This document shows positions 49,244 through 59,074 of a stretch of 64,000 nt of DNA, in pieces. Below the pieces are notes generated by a model. It was given only the letters and a program-made list of their open reading frames with translations. It was not told the DNA's origin and ran no database searches. Origin of the DNA: Spirochaetia bacterium (GTDB lineage: Bacteria; Spirochaetota; Leptospiria; Turneriellales; JAOUOS01). Numbering within the stretch: the first letter of the stretch is position 1; every line of letters begins with the position of its first letter. Made by a program: the position numbers and the translations under genes. The stretch lies in contig JAOUOS010000012.1 of NCBI GenBank assembly GCA_029880285.1, forward strand, positions 484 to 64,483, in the 5' to 3' direction.

Positions 49244-50398
49244 ATGACATTTAATAAAAGCGAAGATATTTTTCCTGTTAAAAAAGAATTTATTTATTTA
49301 AGTAACTGCGGCGTCGCGCCTTTATATTCAGGCGCAGCGAAAGCGGCGGCAAAATTTCAAGAAATAAGGGTTAATAAAGGTGCCGCTGTATTTCGAGAGT
49401 ATGAAAACATGGATAATGAGTTTAAGAAAGAAGCCGCCGACTTTGTTAATACTCCCCCTTTGAATATTTCTTTTATGAAAAACACGGCCGAAGCCATGTC
49501 AATTCTCGCCAACGGATATCCTTTTGAAAAAGACGATGAAATTATTTCTTATATTCATGAGTACCCTTCTAATCATTACCCATGGTTTATACAACAAAAT
49601 AGGGGCGTTAAATTAAAATTATTAAAAAATATACATCCGCCTGATAAAATTTATGAAAATAAACCCTACGCTTTTTCTTTTGAAGAGCTTGAAAACATGA
49701 CAACAAACAAAACACGTATTATTGCCATAAGCCATGTTCAATTTACCAGCGGATATAAAGCAGATATTGAAAAACTGGGAACTTTCTGCAAAGAGAGAAA
49801 TATAGATCTTATTATAGATACCGCTCAAAGTCTGGGTTCCGTAGCACTTTATCCTGAAAAATGGAACGTATCGGCATTTGCCTCATCAGGATGGAAGTGG
49901 CTTTTAGGTCCTATTGGCTGCGGAGTTTTATATACTTCGCCAGAATTTCGCGATAAAATAAAAATAACTATGGCGGGTGCCGACGTGGTAACACAGGGCA
50001 GTGATTATTTAAATCATACATGGCAGCCTTTTTCAGACAGCAGAAAATTTGAATACAGTTCTGTTGAAGCAGCCAACATGATAGCTCTTACAGCCTGTTT
50101 TCGCGATTTATTTAATAAATATAAGTCTGAAAATATACAAAGTGAAATTTTTCGCCTTCAAAATATTTTTCTTGAATTTATTGATAAAGGCAAATACAAA
50201 CCTGTTATTTTTAAGAACGAAAACCGATCAGGAATTTTATCGCTTATTGTTAATGAACCTGAAAAAATTGTAAAACAGGCCTTTTCGAAAGGCCTGTTTC
50301 TGGGAACGCGGGGAGGCTACTTAAGAATTGCACCCCACTTGTATAACGATGAAGAAGAAATGAAGCAATCAGCTAAGATATTAAATGAACTGGTGTAA
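49244..50398 (+). CDS. Class-V-fold PLP-dependent aminotransferase family protein
   Basis: PLP lysine context SSGWKWLLGPIGCGVLY and C-terminal LRIAPHLYN. No obvious catalytic Cys loop, so it is probably not a desulfurase. Confidence 0.65.
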   Translation: MTFNKSEDIFPVKKEFIYLSNCGVAPLYSGAAKAAAKFQEIRVNKGAAVFREYENMDNEFKKEAADFVNTPPLNISFMKNTAEAMSILANGYPFEKDDEIISYIHEYPSNHYPWFIQQNRGVKLKLLKNIHPPDKIYENKPYAFSFEELENMTTNKTRIIAISHVQFTSGYKADIEKLGTFCKERNIDLIIDTAQSLGSVALYPEKWNVSAFASSGWKWLLGPIGCGVLYTSPEFRDKIKITMAGADVVTQGSDYLNHTWQPFSDSRKFEYSSVEAANMIALTACFRDLFNKYKSENIQSEIFRLQNIFLEFIDKGKYKPVIFKNENRSGILSLIVNEPEKIVKQAFSKGLFLGTRGGYLRIAPHLYNDEEEMKQSAKILNELV

Positions 50399-50436
50399 TA
50401 TCTAGCAAGGCAACAAATCAATTACAAGACTATATT

Positions 50437-50634
50437 TTATTGTTTATTTAGCTTACTATAAAAAATTAAAATTCCCAAACCTAAGAAAAACATAAATCCA
50501 TATAAAAACGCATAAGCTGTTTCAAAATTAGGATTATTTTTCATATTAGAAAAAAACTGCATACCGCCTTCAAAAATAAGAAACCAGCCCGCGAATAAAA
50601 CAAAAAACTTATATTTTTTTATAAATTCTATCAT
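50437..50634 (-). CDS. Small two-TM membrane protein
   Basis: 65 aa with two hydrophobic helices. It starts immediately after the stop of the upstream gene. Confidence 0.4.
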   Translation of the reverse strand: MIEFIKKYKFFVLFAGWFLIFEGGMQFFSNMKNNPNFETAYAFLYGFMFFLGLGILIFYSKLNKQ

Positions 50635-51117
50635 TTATTCATCATGCTCACATTTATGCTTTTTTTTATGTTCATGCTTTTCAAGATATTCAATAAGTTT
50701 GCCTTTTTGATCGGGTGTAAGTATTGAATATATTTCTACCAGTTTAGAAATAAAAAATTCTCTGTGTTCTTTTCTCTTATCTTCTTTATCTTCAAAAAAT
50801 TTATTAATTTCAGCTTCATTAATTTTATCTTTTTTTAGGGCCTCAAGTAATTTTTCTTTAAAATTTTCTTTTAGCGGCTTAAAACTTTTATTTTTTTCAA
50901 TAACCTCATCTCTTATCTTAAACAGTTTTTGTTTTTGTGTTTCATCTAAATTAAGATGTTCACTTAAATTTTCAGCTATTTTCGTTACCTGTTCGGCCGA
51001 AAGCATGGGTCTGTGCAAGTCGCACTTATGATGTCCGCCGCATTGGCCTATAAAAAACACGGCGCCCGTAATAAACAATACTGCTGTTAATATCCAGTGG
51101 TATTTCATTAGTTTCAT
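50635..51117 (-). CDS. Spy/CpxP/ZraP-like periplasmic protein (LTxxQ) with His-rich tail
   Basis: Signal peptide, ILTPDQKGKL and LDETQKQKL motifs, and a C-terminal HEHKKKHKCEHDE. Confidence 0.55.
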   Translation of the reverse strand: MKLMKYHWILTAVLFITGAVFFIGQCGGHHKCDLHRPMLSAEQVTKIAENLSEHLNLDETQKQKLFKIRDEVIEKNKSFKPLKENFKEKLLEALKKDKINEAEINKFFEDKEDKRKEHREFFISKLVEIYSILTPDQKGKLIEYLEKHEHKKKHKCEHDE

Positions 51118-51240
51118 TTTTTTCTCCTTTGTTTCATATAATAATTTAAATATTTCTTTAATTAGATTAGTTCTATTTTATAGATATTTAATTTACTTTT
51201 AATATATATTTACTTATGGTTTTTGCCATTTTTATTTGGT

Positions 51241-52581
51241 TTATTTACTTATCGCAACAATAGACATCGGTTTATTGCCTGTATCAAAGTTTTGAGTGCC
51301 CAGTAAAGATTCATCTGCGTCAACCGGTATTAATATGCCGCTATCTGGATGAATAACAAAAGCAGAAATATCATTCGAGCCAGAGTTAGAAACAAAAGCA
51401 AATAACCCGCTGTTATCTATAGACATTGAAACAGGATTATCACCCGCCCTAAAGTGCTGAATGCCTTCTGAAATTGCATCGGCATCTATTGATGAAATTA
51501 TTCCGGTCACATCATCTAACAAAAAAGCTGAAATATTATCAGATAAAGCATTAATAGCATAAACATACTTACCGTCTTTAGCTACAGACACTAATACGGG
51601 TCCAGAAGATGCGGTAAAATTCTGAATACCCGTAGTCGTAGTATCTTCAGCAACGTCAGCAATTGCATCTATTTGGGTTAAAGAGCCGGTTGATGAATCA
51701 ATTAAAAAAGCAGATATTGCATTCGCGCTTTTATTGGTAGCGTATAAAAATTTACCATTTGGAGCGATAGAAACCGAACGATATATAAATCCGGCCGCGA
51801 AGTTTTGTATATCAGCAGCTTCTGCATCAGCATCAATTTGTGTTAGAACACCTGTTGCTAAATCAAACGAGAAAGCCGATATATCATTAGAATTAAAATT
51901 GGCCGCGTATAAATATTGACCCGAAGAATTAATAGTTATTGAAACAGGATTAGTTCCGGCTGGAAAATTTTGAATACCATCTAAAACGCTGTCGGCGTCT
52001 ACAGGTGTTAAAGCTCCACTCGCTGAATCAATAACAAATACTGAAATATCATTAGAACCGCCATTCGCGACGAATAAATATTTACCGGTTGAATCTATAA
52101 CCACAGAACGCGGATTTGTGCCTGCCGCGAAATTTTGAATGCCTTCTAAAGCGCTGTCGGCATCTACCGCGGTTAAAACACCTGTATCGCTGCCTATCGT
52201 ATAAACTGAAATATCATTAGAATTAAAATTGGCCGCATATAAAAATTTCAAACCAGAATCTACGGCTAAAGAGGCAGGATTTATACCTGCCGCATAATTT
52301 TGAATACCATCTAAAGCACTGTCGGCATCTATTTGAGCAAGGCTGCCCGAAGAGGTATCTATAATAAAAGCTGAAATATCATTTGAGTTATAATTAGCGG
52401 TATAAACAAAGCCATATGACGGTGCATCTTGAAAAATTCCTGTTTTGTCTGTTATATCATCAGCATTATTGTGGTCATCATCAAAATCATCACCCGATTT
52501 ATTACAACTAAAATTGAAAAACATCAAAACCATTGACGCAAAAACAATTGTTTTTCTTAATTTATTTGCAACTTTTTTCAT
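51241..52581 (-). CDS. Lipoprotein, seven-bladed beta-propeller (lactonase/YncE-like repeats)
   Basis: Signal plus Cys (FNFSCN), then seven ~55-aa repeats of the form (F/Y)LYAANFNSNDISAF.ID..TG.LT.IDAD..L.GIQNFAAG.NP.S. Confidence 0.7.
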   Translation of the reverse strand: MKKVANKLRKTIVFASMVLMFFNFSCNKSGDDFDDDHNNADDITDKTGIFQDAPSYGFVYTANYNSNDISAFIIDTSSGSLAQIDADSALDGIQNYAAGINPASLAVDSGLKFLYAANFNSNDISVYTIGSDTGVLTAVDADSALEGIQNFAAGTNPRSVVIDSTGKYLFVANGGSNDISVFVIDSASGALTPVDADSVLDGIQNFPAGTNPVSITINSSGQYLYAANFNSNDISAFSFDLATGVLTQIDADAEAADIQNFAAGFIYRSVSIAPNGKFLYATNKSANAISAFLIDSSTGSLTQIDAIADVAEDTTTTGIQNFTASSGPVLVSVAKDGKYVYAINALSDNISAFLLDDVTGIISSIDADAISEGIQHFRAGDNPVSMSIDNSGLFAFVSNSGSNDISAFVIHPDSGILIPVDADESLLGTQNFDTGNKPMSIVAISK

Positions 52582-52851
52582 CTAGATTCCATTAAATAAT
52601 CATTAATGAGGTTTTCAATTATTTTTTGCTTTTTGTTTTAATATATAAAATATTTTCAACATTATTTTTTGGGCCAATTATATTTTTAAAAAATCCTTTC
52701 ATCCGCGATTTTCTAAAAAAACTTGACTTTTATTATATGAAGGCTTACGTTTCTCAAAATCGGCTGAGTAGGGTTGATAAGAAAAAGGCTTTTTAATATA
52801 TTACAATTAAAAAAGATTGACATGCAATGAGTAAAAATATAATATTTAATT

Positions 52852-53091
52852 ATGCTATTAAATTATATACAATCTGCTATGAAAAAAGCGCATTATGAAA
52901 TACTAAAAGACGAAGGATACTATGGCGAAATACCTGAAATTGACGGTGTCTACGCGCAAGCAGAAACTTTAGAAAAATGCCGCGATGAATTAGCTACTGT
53001 TCTTGAAGAATGGATTTTTTTCCGATTAACCCGTAATCTTTCTATTCCTGCTATTGACGGCATTGAATTAAAAATAAAAAGCATTGCCTAA
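52852..53091 (+). CDS. hicB: HicB-family (UPF0150) antitoxin
   Basis: 79 aa. The YYGEIPEIDGVYAQAETLEKCRDEL pattern is present. Confidence 0.7.
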   Translation: MLLNYIQSAMKKAHYEILKDEGYYGEIPEIDGVYAQAETLEKCRDELATVLEEWIFFRLTRNLSIPAIDGIELKIKSIA

Positions 53092-53309
53092 TGCCGCCCC
53101 TCAAACCAATAAAACGTAAAGAACTAATTCGGTATTTACGAAAAATTGGATTTAAAGGCCCATATTCAGGAGGCAGACATCAGTTTATGCAAAAAGAAAA
53201 ATTGACTTTAACTCTGCCAAATCCACATAAATCAGATATTGGGCCTGAATTTCTAAGTAAAATTTTAAAACAGGCTAATATCACAAGAGATGAATGGGAA
53301 AAACTATAA
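53091..53309 (+). CDS. hicA: HicA-family mRNA interferase toxin
   Basis: 72 aa with KRKELIRYLRKIGFKGPYSGGRHQFM. The start overlaps the hicB stop (TAATG). Confidence 0.75.
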   Translation: MPPLKPIKRKELIRYLRKIGFKGPYSGGRHQFMQKEKLTLTLPNPHKSDIGPEFLSKILKQANITRDEWEKL

Positions 53310-53321
53310 TAATAAATTACG

Positions 53322-55973
53322 TTAATACCCCACCGTTAAAACATCAGTAAATACCCAGTCTTTTAAACCGGCTGATTGTCTGACAATACCTTTTCCCGCA
53401 GAATTTGCCAGAGATATATCCACCGCTTCTTTTTGTATTTTTTCATCATTATATTCATCAAGGGGTTTTTCGCTAAAGGGCCAAACATGTTGAAGATTTT
53501 CATGCGTGTATAACAGAGCGCCTTTCATCATGCCAGATGAGATTGTGCCGTCATAATCGCTGTAATAAACCATATCTGCAACTTCTTCTTTGTATTCCAG
53601 TAATATTACACTGTCGGTGCCGCTTAAATTGCCCGCTGTACTATAAACATAACAAGCAGGTATTCCATCGGCATTGCAATCTCCCGATTTATCTTCACTT
53701 AATAAATGCTGAGAATAGCTGTTCTTAAGCAGAATAACAATAAAATCGCCTTCACTTATATATTTTTCATTAAATTCATAAAGCAGTTCTTTTGAACTTT
53801 CATTATATTCAAAAATACGATATCCCTTTAGTAAACCCGATTTTACTGCTTTTAGCTCTATCCAGTCATTTGATTCTTTCATGGCTACTTCGTTTAATAT
53901 AAGTTCAGCCTCTTTATTTGAGGCAGATGGATTTATGCCGTTTATAAAAAAAGTTCCACCGGCAGATAATAGGTTTGTATCTTTACAGTTAACCGAAGGT
54001 GAAATTTCATAGATAGCTGATGGCAAGCTAAAACAATCATTTTCAAATGAAAGTAAAATTTCAGAGGGTGCTTCGGTTAAAGAAGCATTTTGTAACGAGG
54101 TATTATCACAAGTATTTATTATAAATTTATCGGCTCCTTCGCAGTTTATCATATTAGCGTTTAAGTGCAATAAAATATTTTTCGCGTCAATAAGTTCAGC
54201 GTCAATAATTGATATTTCTTGAATTGGTTCGTTTGAATATCCGGCTGACGCGTATGTATATGCTGAAAATTCTTCACACTTATTATCAGGATTTACCATA
54301 AAAGAACAGTTCATGTTTAATGAAGAATGATACCATGCTGATTTTAGAGCGCCGTTTAAAATAAATTCATTATCATAACCGTATCGATTCATTGAAAATG
54401 TATTGGTTGTATTAAAATATCCGGCGGGGGTTTCTAATGAATTTCCCGCTTGATCAATTAAATTCATGGCTTTATCATAAAGTTTTATATTAAAATCGCT
54501 TCGTTGAAGAGAAAATTCTTTCACTCCTGAAAGTAAAATATGCGGATATGTTTTTTTCTCATACGTATTTTTCGTAAAAGCTGAATCATTTTTAGTGTAA
54601 ATAATTTTATATTCACCTGGATGTATTAAATTTTCTGTTTCATAATACCAGTTATACTCAGAAGGAATAGATACAATTTTTTTTTGAGTACCGCCTATTT
54701 CTAAACTAAAATAAGAAAGATCAATAATTTTTGCCGAACGATTATAAAGTTCAATAAAATCATCCGAATTATCAATTTCAAAATTAGATGATCCCGCCCA
54801 GCCTATTTCGCTTATAACAATATCTTGATTATTTAAAACATTGCCATAGATATTGGGCATTAAAGAACTCATACTTCGGGCATATTTTAGTGCTTCATTA
54901 AACTGATTATAAATTCTATTGGCGGTCTTTGGGTCATGAATAATAATTAAATTTTCATCATTATTTTCTACCGCGTTTTTTGACCAGTTAAAAGATCCGG
55001 TGGCTAATATCGCGTTATCGGTACCGGCATCAATAATAATTGTTTTGCAGTGCATCTTCCCGCCCATATCTTCAGGGTATATACTGCCGTCTAAAAAAAT
55101 ATGCGGTCCTTTTTGGTGCATTGTCATATCATTATTATATTTAGCGGCAAATAAACGCGGGGCTTCTTCTGAATTTTTTGTTATAAAATTAAAATCATGA
55201 ATTCCGTAAACATCCATATCTTTCTGTCTGGCCGCTCGAATTAAAGCAGAAGACAATTCATTATCCGTGAATGAAAAAATCATATAATGAACCGAATGTT
55301 TCGCGTTATCAACAAGTTCTGTAAGTTTTTTTATGGCTTCATTACCCATATACGGTGAAAAATATACTTCTACTTTGTTTTCATTTATATCAAAAATATT
55401 ATTTAACCCGTGTGGTTTTTTATCTTTGCCAAAAAGGCCTTTATACATTTGATTAAATTCAGCTAAATAATATTCAACAACTTCTTTATTTTTAATAAGT
55501 ATAAAATTATTATTGTTACGCAAAAAACCGTTATCAGTAAAATTTCCCGTACCTGTAAAAAGATACTGATTATCAATTATTATAAACTTATTATGCTGAA
55601 TACCGCTGGAATTCCCTACGGTCATATCAATATTATTTTTATATAATTCCTGATACCCCGCCGATTCAAATTCATCTATATCTCCCACAAATTTTACATC
55701 CACGCCTCGATTTCTTGCTTTAATTAAAGAGTCTATTATATTTTCACGGTTTAACTGGTATGCCGCTATATAAATACTTTTTTCAGCTTTATTGATAAGT
55801 TCAATTAATTTTATGTCTATCTTTTTATCGATGGTATTTAATTCATTTTTACCGGGATCGTTATAAAAAACCTGTATTAAATCTTTTTTTACGGCATCAC
55901 CCGGATCGCCAAACGGCGGATAAGCACAATTAATGATAAAAATAAACAAATAAATACTTCTTTGCATCTTCAT
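53322..55973 (-). CDS. Lipoprotein with two HKD (phospholipase D / Nuc-like) motifs and two lamin-tail domains
   Basis: Signal plus Cys (FIINCAY). HKD1 is HNKFIIID...GTGNFT and HKD2 is HCKTIIID...GSFNWS. LTD signatures are ISEIGWAG...DDFIELYN and LNEVAMKESNDWIELK. Confidence 0.75.
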   Translation of the reverse strand: MKMQRSIYLFIFIINCAYPPFGDPGDAVKKDLIQVFYNDPGKNELNTIDKKIDIKLIELINKAEKSIYIAAYQLNRENIIDSLIKARNRGVDVKFVGDIDEFESAGYQELYKNNIDMTVGNSSGIQHNKFIIIDNQYLFTGTGNFTDNGFLRNNNNFILIKNKEVVEYYLAEFNQMYKGLFGKDKKPHGLNNIFDINENKVEVYFSPYMGNEAIKKLTELVDNAKHSVHYMIFSFTDNELSSALIRAARQKDMDVYGIHDFNFITKNSEEAPRLFAAKYNNDMTMHQKGPHIFLDGSIYPEDMGGKMHCKTIIIDAGTDNAILATGSFNWSKNAVENNDENLIIIHDPKTANRIYNQFNEALKYARSMSSLMPNIYGNVLNNQDIVISEIGWAGSSNFEIDNSDDFIELYNRSAKIIDLSYFSLEIGGTQKKIVSIPSEYNWYYETENLIHPGEYKIIYTKNDSAFTKNTYEKKTYPHILLSGVKEFSLQRSDFNIKLYDKAMNLIDQAGNSLETPAGYFNTTNTFSMNRYGYDNEFILNGALKSAWYHSSLNMNCSFMVNPDNKCEEFSAYTYASAGYSNEPIQEISIIDAELIDAKNILLHLNANMINCEGADKFIINTCDNTSLQNASLTEAPSEILLSFENDCFSLPSAIYEISPSVNCKDTNLLSAGGTFFINGINPSASNKEAELILNEVAMKESNDWIELKAVKSGLLKGYRIFEYNESSKELLYEFNEKYISEGDFIVILLKNSYSQHLLSEDKSGDCNADGIPACYVYSTAGNLSGTDSVILLEYKEEVADMVYYSDYDGTISSGMMKGALLYTHENLQHVWPFSEKPLDEYNDEKIQKEAVDISLANSAGKGIVRQSAGLKDWVFTDVLTVGY

Positions 55974-56050
55974 AAAGTATAATAATTATTAATTTTATAG
56001 TTATATAAAGATGATTTAATATTTTGACATCTGTTTGCAATTAATTTTTA

Positions 56051-56848
56051 TTAGAATTTTCTTTGTATTAAAATTCCATGCGGCTGAAGTTTAATGCCAT
56101 AGTACATAAGCCCTGCTCCCGCAGCCGCTAAAGCTGCCCCTATAATTTTATAGTTTGCCCTGTTATTTTCCCATGTTTCTATTTCTTCATTGTATTTGGT
56201 ACGGGCGATAAATATTTCGGCGTAAGTATATTTTTTAGAATTCTGTAGTTCAGCTGGTGCTTCTGGCCTAAAAGCTTCTGAAATAAAACCCCATAATAAA
56301 GAACCCAAACCAATACCCGTTACAACAATACCAGACAAATATATGGAATAACCATAATCTACCCCTTGGTTAATTTTCCATATTTGTATTGTGTTATCGG
56401 CTTTTGCTTTAAACATACCCAGCTCATTATTAATCCCTGAAAAATAAAAAGGCATATAATTATTTTTAGAACCGCCAGAAAACATAATAAAACCCTTTTC
56501 TGGGGCAAGAAACTCTGTTTTTTTTCCCGACCCGTCAAGATACCAAATGGGAACACTTTTTTCATCTGTTTCAAATAATAAAATTGTTGTGGCCCGTGAA
56601 AGAAGAATATCTTTTAATTCTAAATTTGATTTTACTTTATAAACTCCATCTTCTTTTTCAGCAAAATCTGAAATATAAGGTGAATACGCGAAATCTAAGA
56701 AGACAGTGCTTTCGAATCCGGTAATTTTCTTTTCAATTTCATAAATATATTGTATTTTATTTACTGGTTTTTCTATTGAAAAAACACTTGAAACTAAAAA
56801 AATAAAAAATGCAAACTCAAACAGTAATAACTTTTTATTTTGTAGCAT
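56051..56848 (-). CDS. Hypothetical exported protein with two C-terminal TM helices
   Basis: Signal-like N-terminus, and hydrophobic segments GIVVTGIGLGSLLWGFI and IIGAALAAAGAGLMYYG. Confidence 0.45.
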   Translation of the reverse strand: MLQNKKLLLFEFAFFIFLVSSVFSIEKPVNKIQYIYEIEKKITGFESTVFLDFAYSPYISDFAEKEDGVYKVKSNLELKDILLSRATTILLFETDEKSVPIWYLDGSGKKTEFLAPEKGFIMFSGGSKNNYMPFYFSGINNELGMFKAKADNTIQIWKINQGVDYGYSIYLSGIVVTGIGLGSLLWGFISEAFRPEAPAELQNSKKYTYAEIFIARTKYNEEIETWENNRANYKIIGAALAAAGAGLMYYGIKLQPHGILIQRKF

Positions 56849-57097
56849 AATTATAAATATAACGAATATATTAAGCTTAAAAAGAAAATATTTTTAAAAT
56901 TTATCTTATACTTATAAGACTTTCTGCTTAGGGTAAAAAGAATAAAATTTTTAATGTTTCAAGCTTTATTTATTATTTTAGTTGTCAAATAAAATAATGA
57001 TATAACTGTTGGTTACTAATATTAAATTTTTTATTAATGTAAATATTATTTATCTAAATGAAAATATTTCATAAAACCAAAAAATAAACATTTATTA

Positions 57098-59074
57098 ATG
57101 AAATCTTCTAAAAATTTTTCTAAAAAAATTATTTTATTCTACGGCCAAAGTTTAAAACTAATTCTACTATACTCTTTTAGTATTATTCTATTTTCTTTAT
57201 TTAGACTTATTTTTTTATTCCGTTTCGCCAATAGAGAAGTCTATTCAAATCATATGCTTGATATATTTTTAGCCTTCATTGTTGGCTTTCGCTTTGATAC
57301 AGTTGTTATTTTGTTTGGTATTTTACTTATAGGAATATTAAATATTTTTTTACTATTTATTAACAATAAAAAACTTTTTCATGCGGTAAATTTAATATCA
57401 ATTTATTTTTGCAGTTTTGTAATTATTATTTTTTTTATTTTATTAACCATAGATCAACAATATTATTTATTTTTTCAAAATCACTTAAATATTTTAGTCT
57501 TTGGCTTAATTGAAGACGACACATTAGCTGTATTAAAATCGATGAATACAGATAACCCATTAATTTTAATCTCTATTTTGTGGGCAATAATTTCGTATCT
57601 AATAATAAAACTAGTTAAAAGGCTATATCTATTTGAATTTAAAACACCTGCTATTATAAAGAAAATATCCTTAAAAACCTCTGCTAGCATTGTGGTTATT
57701 ACTATTTATCTGCTTATCAATTTTATTGGCCTAAGAAATTCGTTTGGAGTATTTCCTTTAAAACTTGATAACGCGTATATTTCTTCAAATAATTTTGTAA
57801 ACCAGCTGGTACCTAATGGGATTTTTACGTTAAGAACAGCTTTTTCTGAAAAAAAATTCGATTACAAAAAGAAACAGCCGGGACAAATATTAAAATCTTA
57901 CGGATTTTCCAGCGTAAATCAGGCTCTTTCGGTTTATTTTGATGAGCCTCCCGATAATTTTACAGCTTCTGATTATAAAAAATATCTATACCAAACAACA
58001 AATAATAATTTGAAAATAAAAGAAAAACTCAATGTTGTATTTCTTTTGCTGGAAAGCTGGAGTAACTATTTTATTGATATTCATAACGAAGAGTTAAATT
58101 TATTAGGCGGGCTTGAAAGTCATTTTCATGATGACTATGTCTTTAGAAACTTTTTATCTGCCACAAGAGGAACAATTTACAGCTTAGAAGATATTCTTAT
58201 TAATACGCCCATTCAACCAATAACCTCAACAAAACATAGATTAAAAACATATAATTCTTCTGTGGCGCGTCTTTATAAAGAAAATGGCTATGAAACTTAT
58301 TTTATAACAAGTGGAGATAGCAACTGGAGAAAATTAAACGAATTTCTGAAAAATCAATTTTTTGATCATATTCACGGTAGAGTTGATATACTAAAAGCCT
58401 TACCTGAAGCAAAAGATAATACGTGGGGCGTATATGACGAATTTTTATTTGAGTATATTCAGCAAATATTAAAAAAAGATAATAAGCCAAAATTTATTTT
58501 CGCTTTAACAACTACAAACCATACACCCTACGAAATTCCAAGTAACTACAAGCCTAAGCCTATAAAATTATCAGAAAAATTAAAAAATGAAATTCTATGC
58601 TCAGAAGATATCGCTGAAAAAAGCTTTTTGTCTTATCAATATATGAACGAATCTTTTGGTAATTTTTTAAGCGAAATCAAGAATTCTTCTTTATCTAAAA
58701 ATACAATTGTTGGCGCCAGCGGAGATCATAATAATTTTACGGTTTTTCCTTTTGACAATAATATAGATATGCGTCAAAAACATAGTGTTCCATTTTATGT
58801 TTATATGCCCCAACATTTAAGAGGCTCTATCTTTTATAATCCAAACAGATATGGTTCGCATAAAGATATTTTTCCTACTTTATTTAATCTTTCATTTAGT
58901 AATCAAAAATATTTTGGCTTAGGAAACAATTTATTTGAAAATACAAAGGAAGAAGATAAGTTTATTTCTATACATCAACAATTTCAAATGGGCACAATGA
59001 ACAAAGAAAAAATAATTTTAAAAGCAAAAGCGAGAAAAGCGCTCTTATCACTTTATATTAATGAAAATTTTTAA
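57098..59074 (+). CDS. LtaS/phosphoglycerol-transferase-like membrane sulfatase-superfamily enzyme
   Basis: About 5 N-terminal TM helices. The extracytoplasmic alkaline-phosphatase-type domain carries VVFLLLESW, TTTNHTPY and ASGDHNN. Confidence 0.7.
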   Translation: MKSSKNFSKKIILFYGQSLKLILLYSFSIILFSLFRLIFLFRFANREVYSNHMLDIFLAFIVGFRFDTVVILFGILLIGILNIFLLFINNKKLFHAVNLISIYFCSFVIIIFFILLTIDQQYYLFFQNHLNILVFGLIEDDTLAVLKSMNTDNPLILISILWAIISYLIIKLVKRLYLFEFKTPAIIKKISLKTSASIVVITIYLLINFIGLRNSFGVFPLKLDNAYISSNNFVNQLVPNGIFTLRTAFSEKKFDYKKKQPGQILKSYGFSSVNQALSVYFDEPPDNFTASDYKKYLYQTTNNNLKIKEKLNVVFLLLESWSNYFIDIHNEELNLLGGLESHFHDDYVFRNFLSATRGTIYSLEDILINTPIQPITSTKHRLKTYNSSVARLYKENGYETYFITSGDSNWRKLNEFLKNQFFDHIHGRVDILKALPEAKDNTWGVYDEFLFEYIQQILKKDNKPKFIFALTTTNHTPYEIPSNYKPKPIKLSEKLKNEILCSEDIAEKSFLSYQYMNESFGNFLSEIKNSSLSKNTIVGASGDHNNFTVFPFDNNIDMRQKHSVPFYVYMPQHLRGSIFYNPNRYGSHKDIFPTLFNLSFSNQKYFGLGNNLFENTKEEDKFISIHQQFQMGTMNKEKIILKAKARKALLSLYINENF

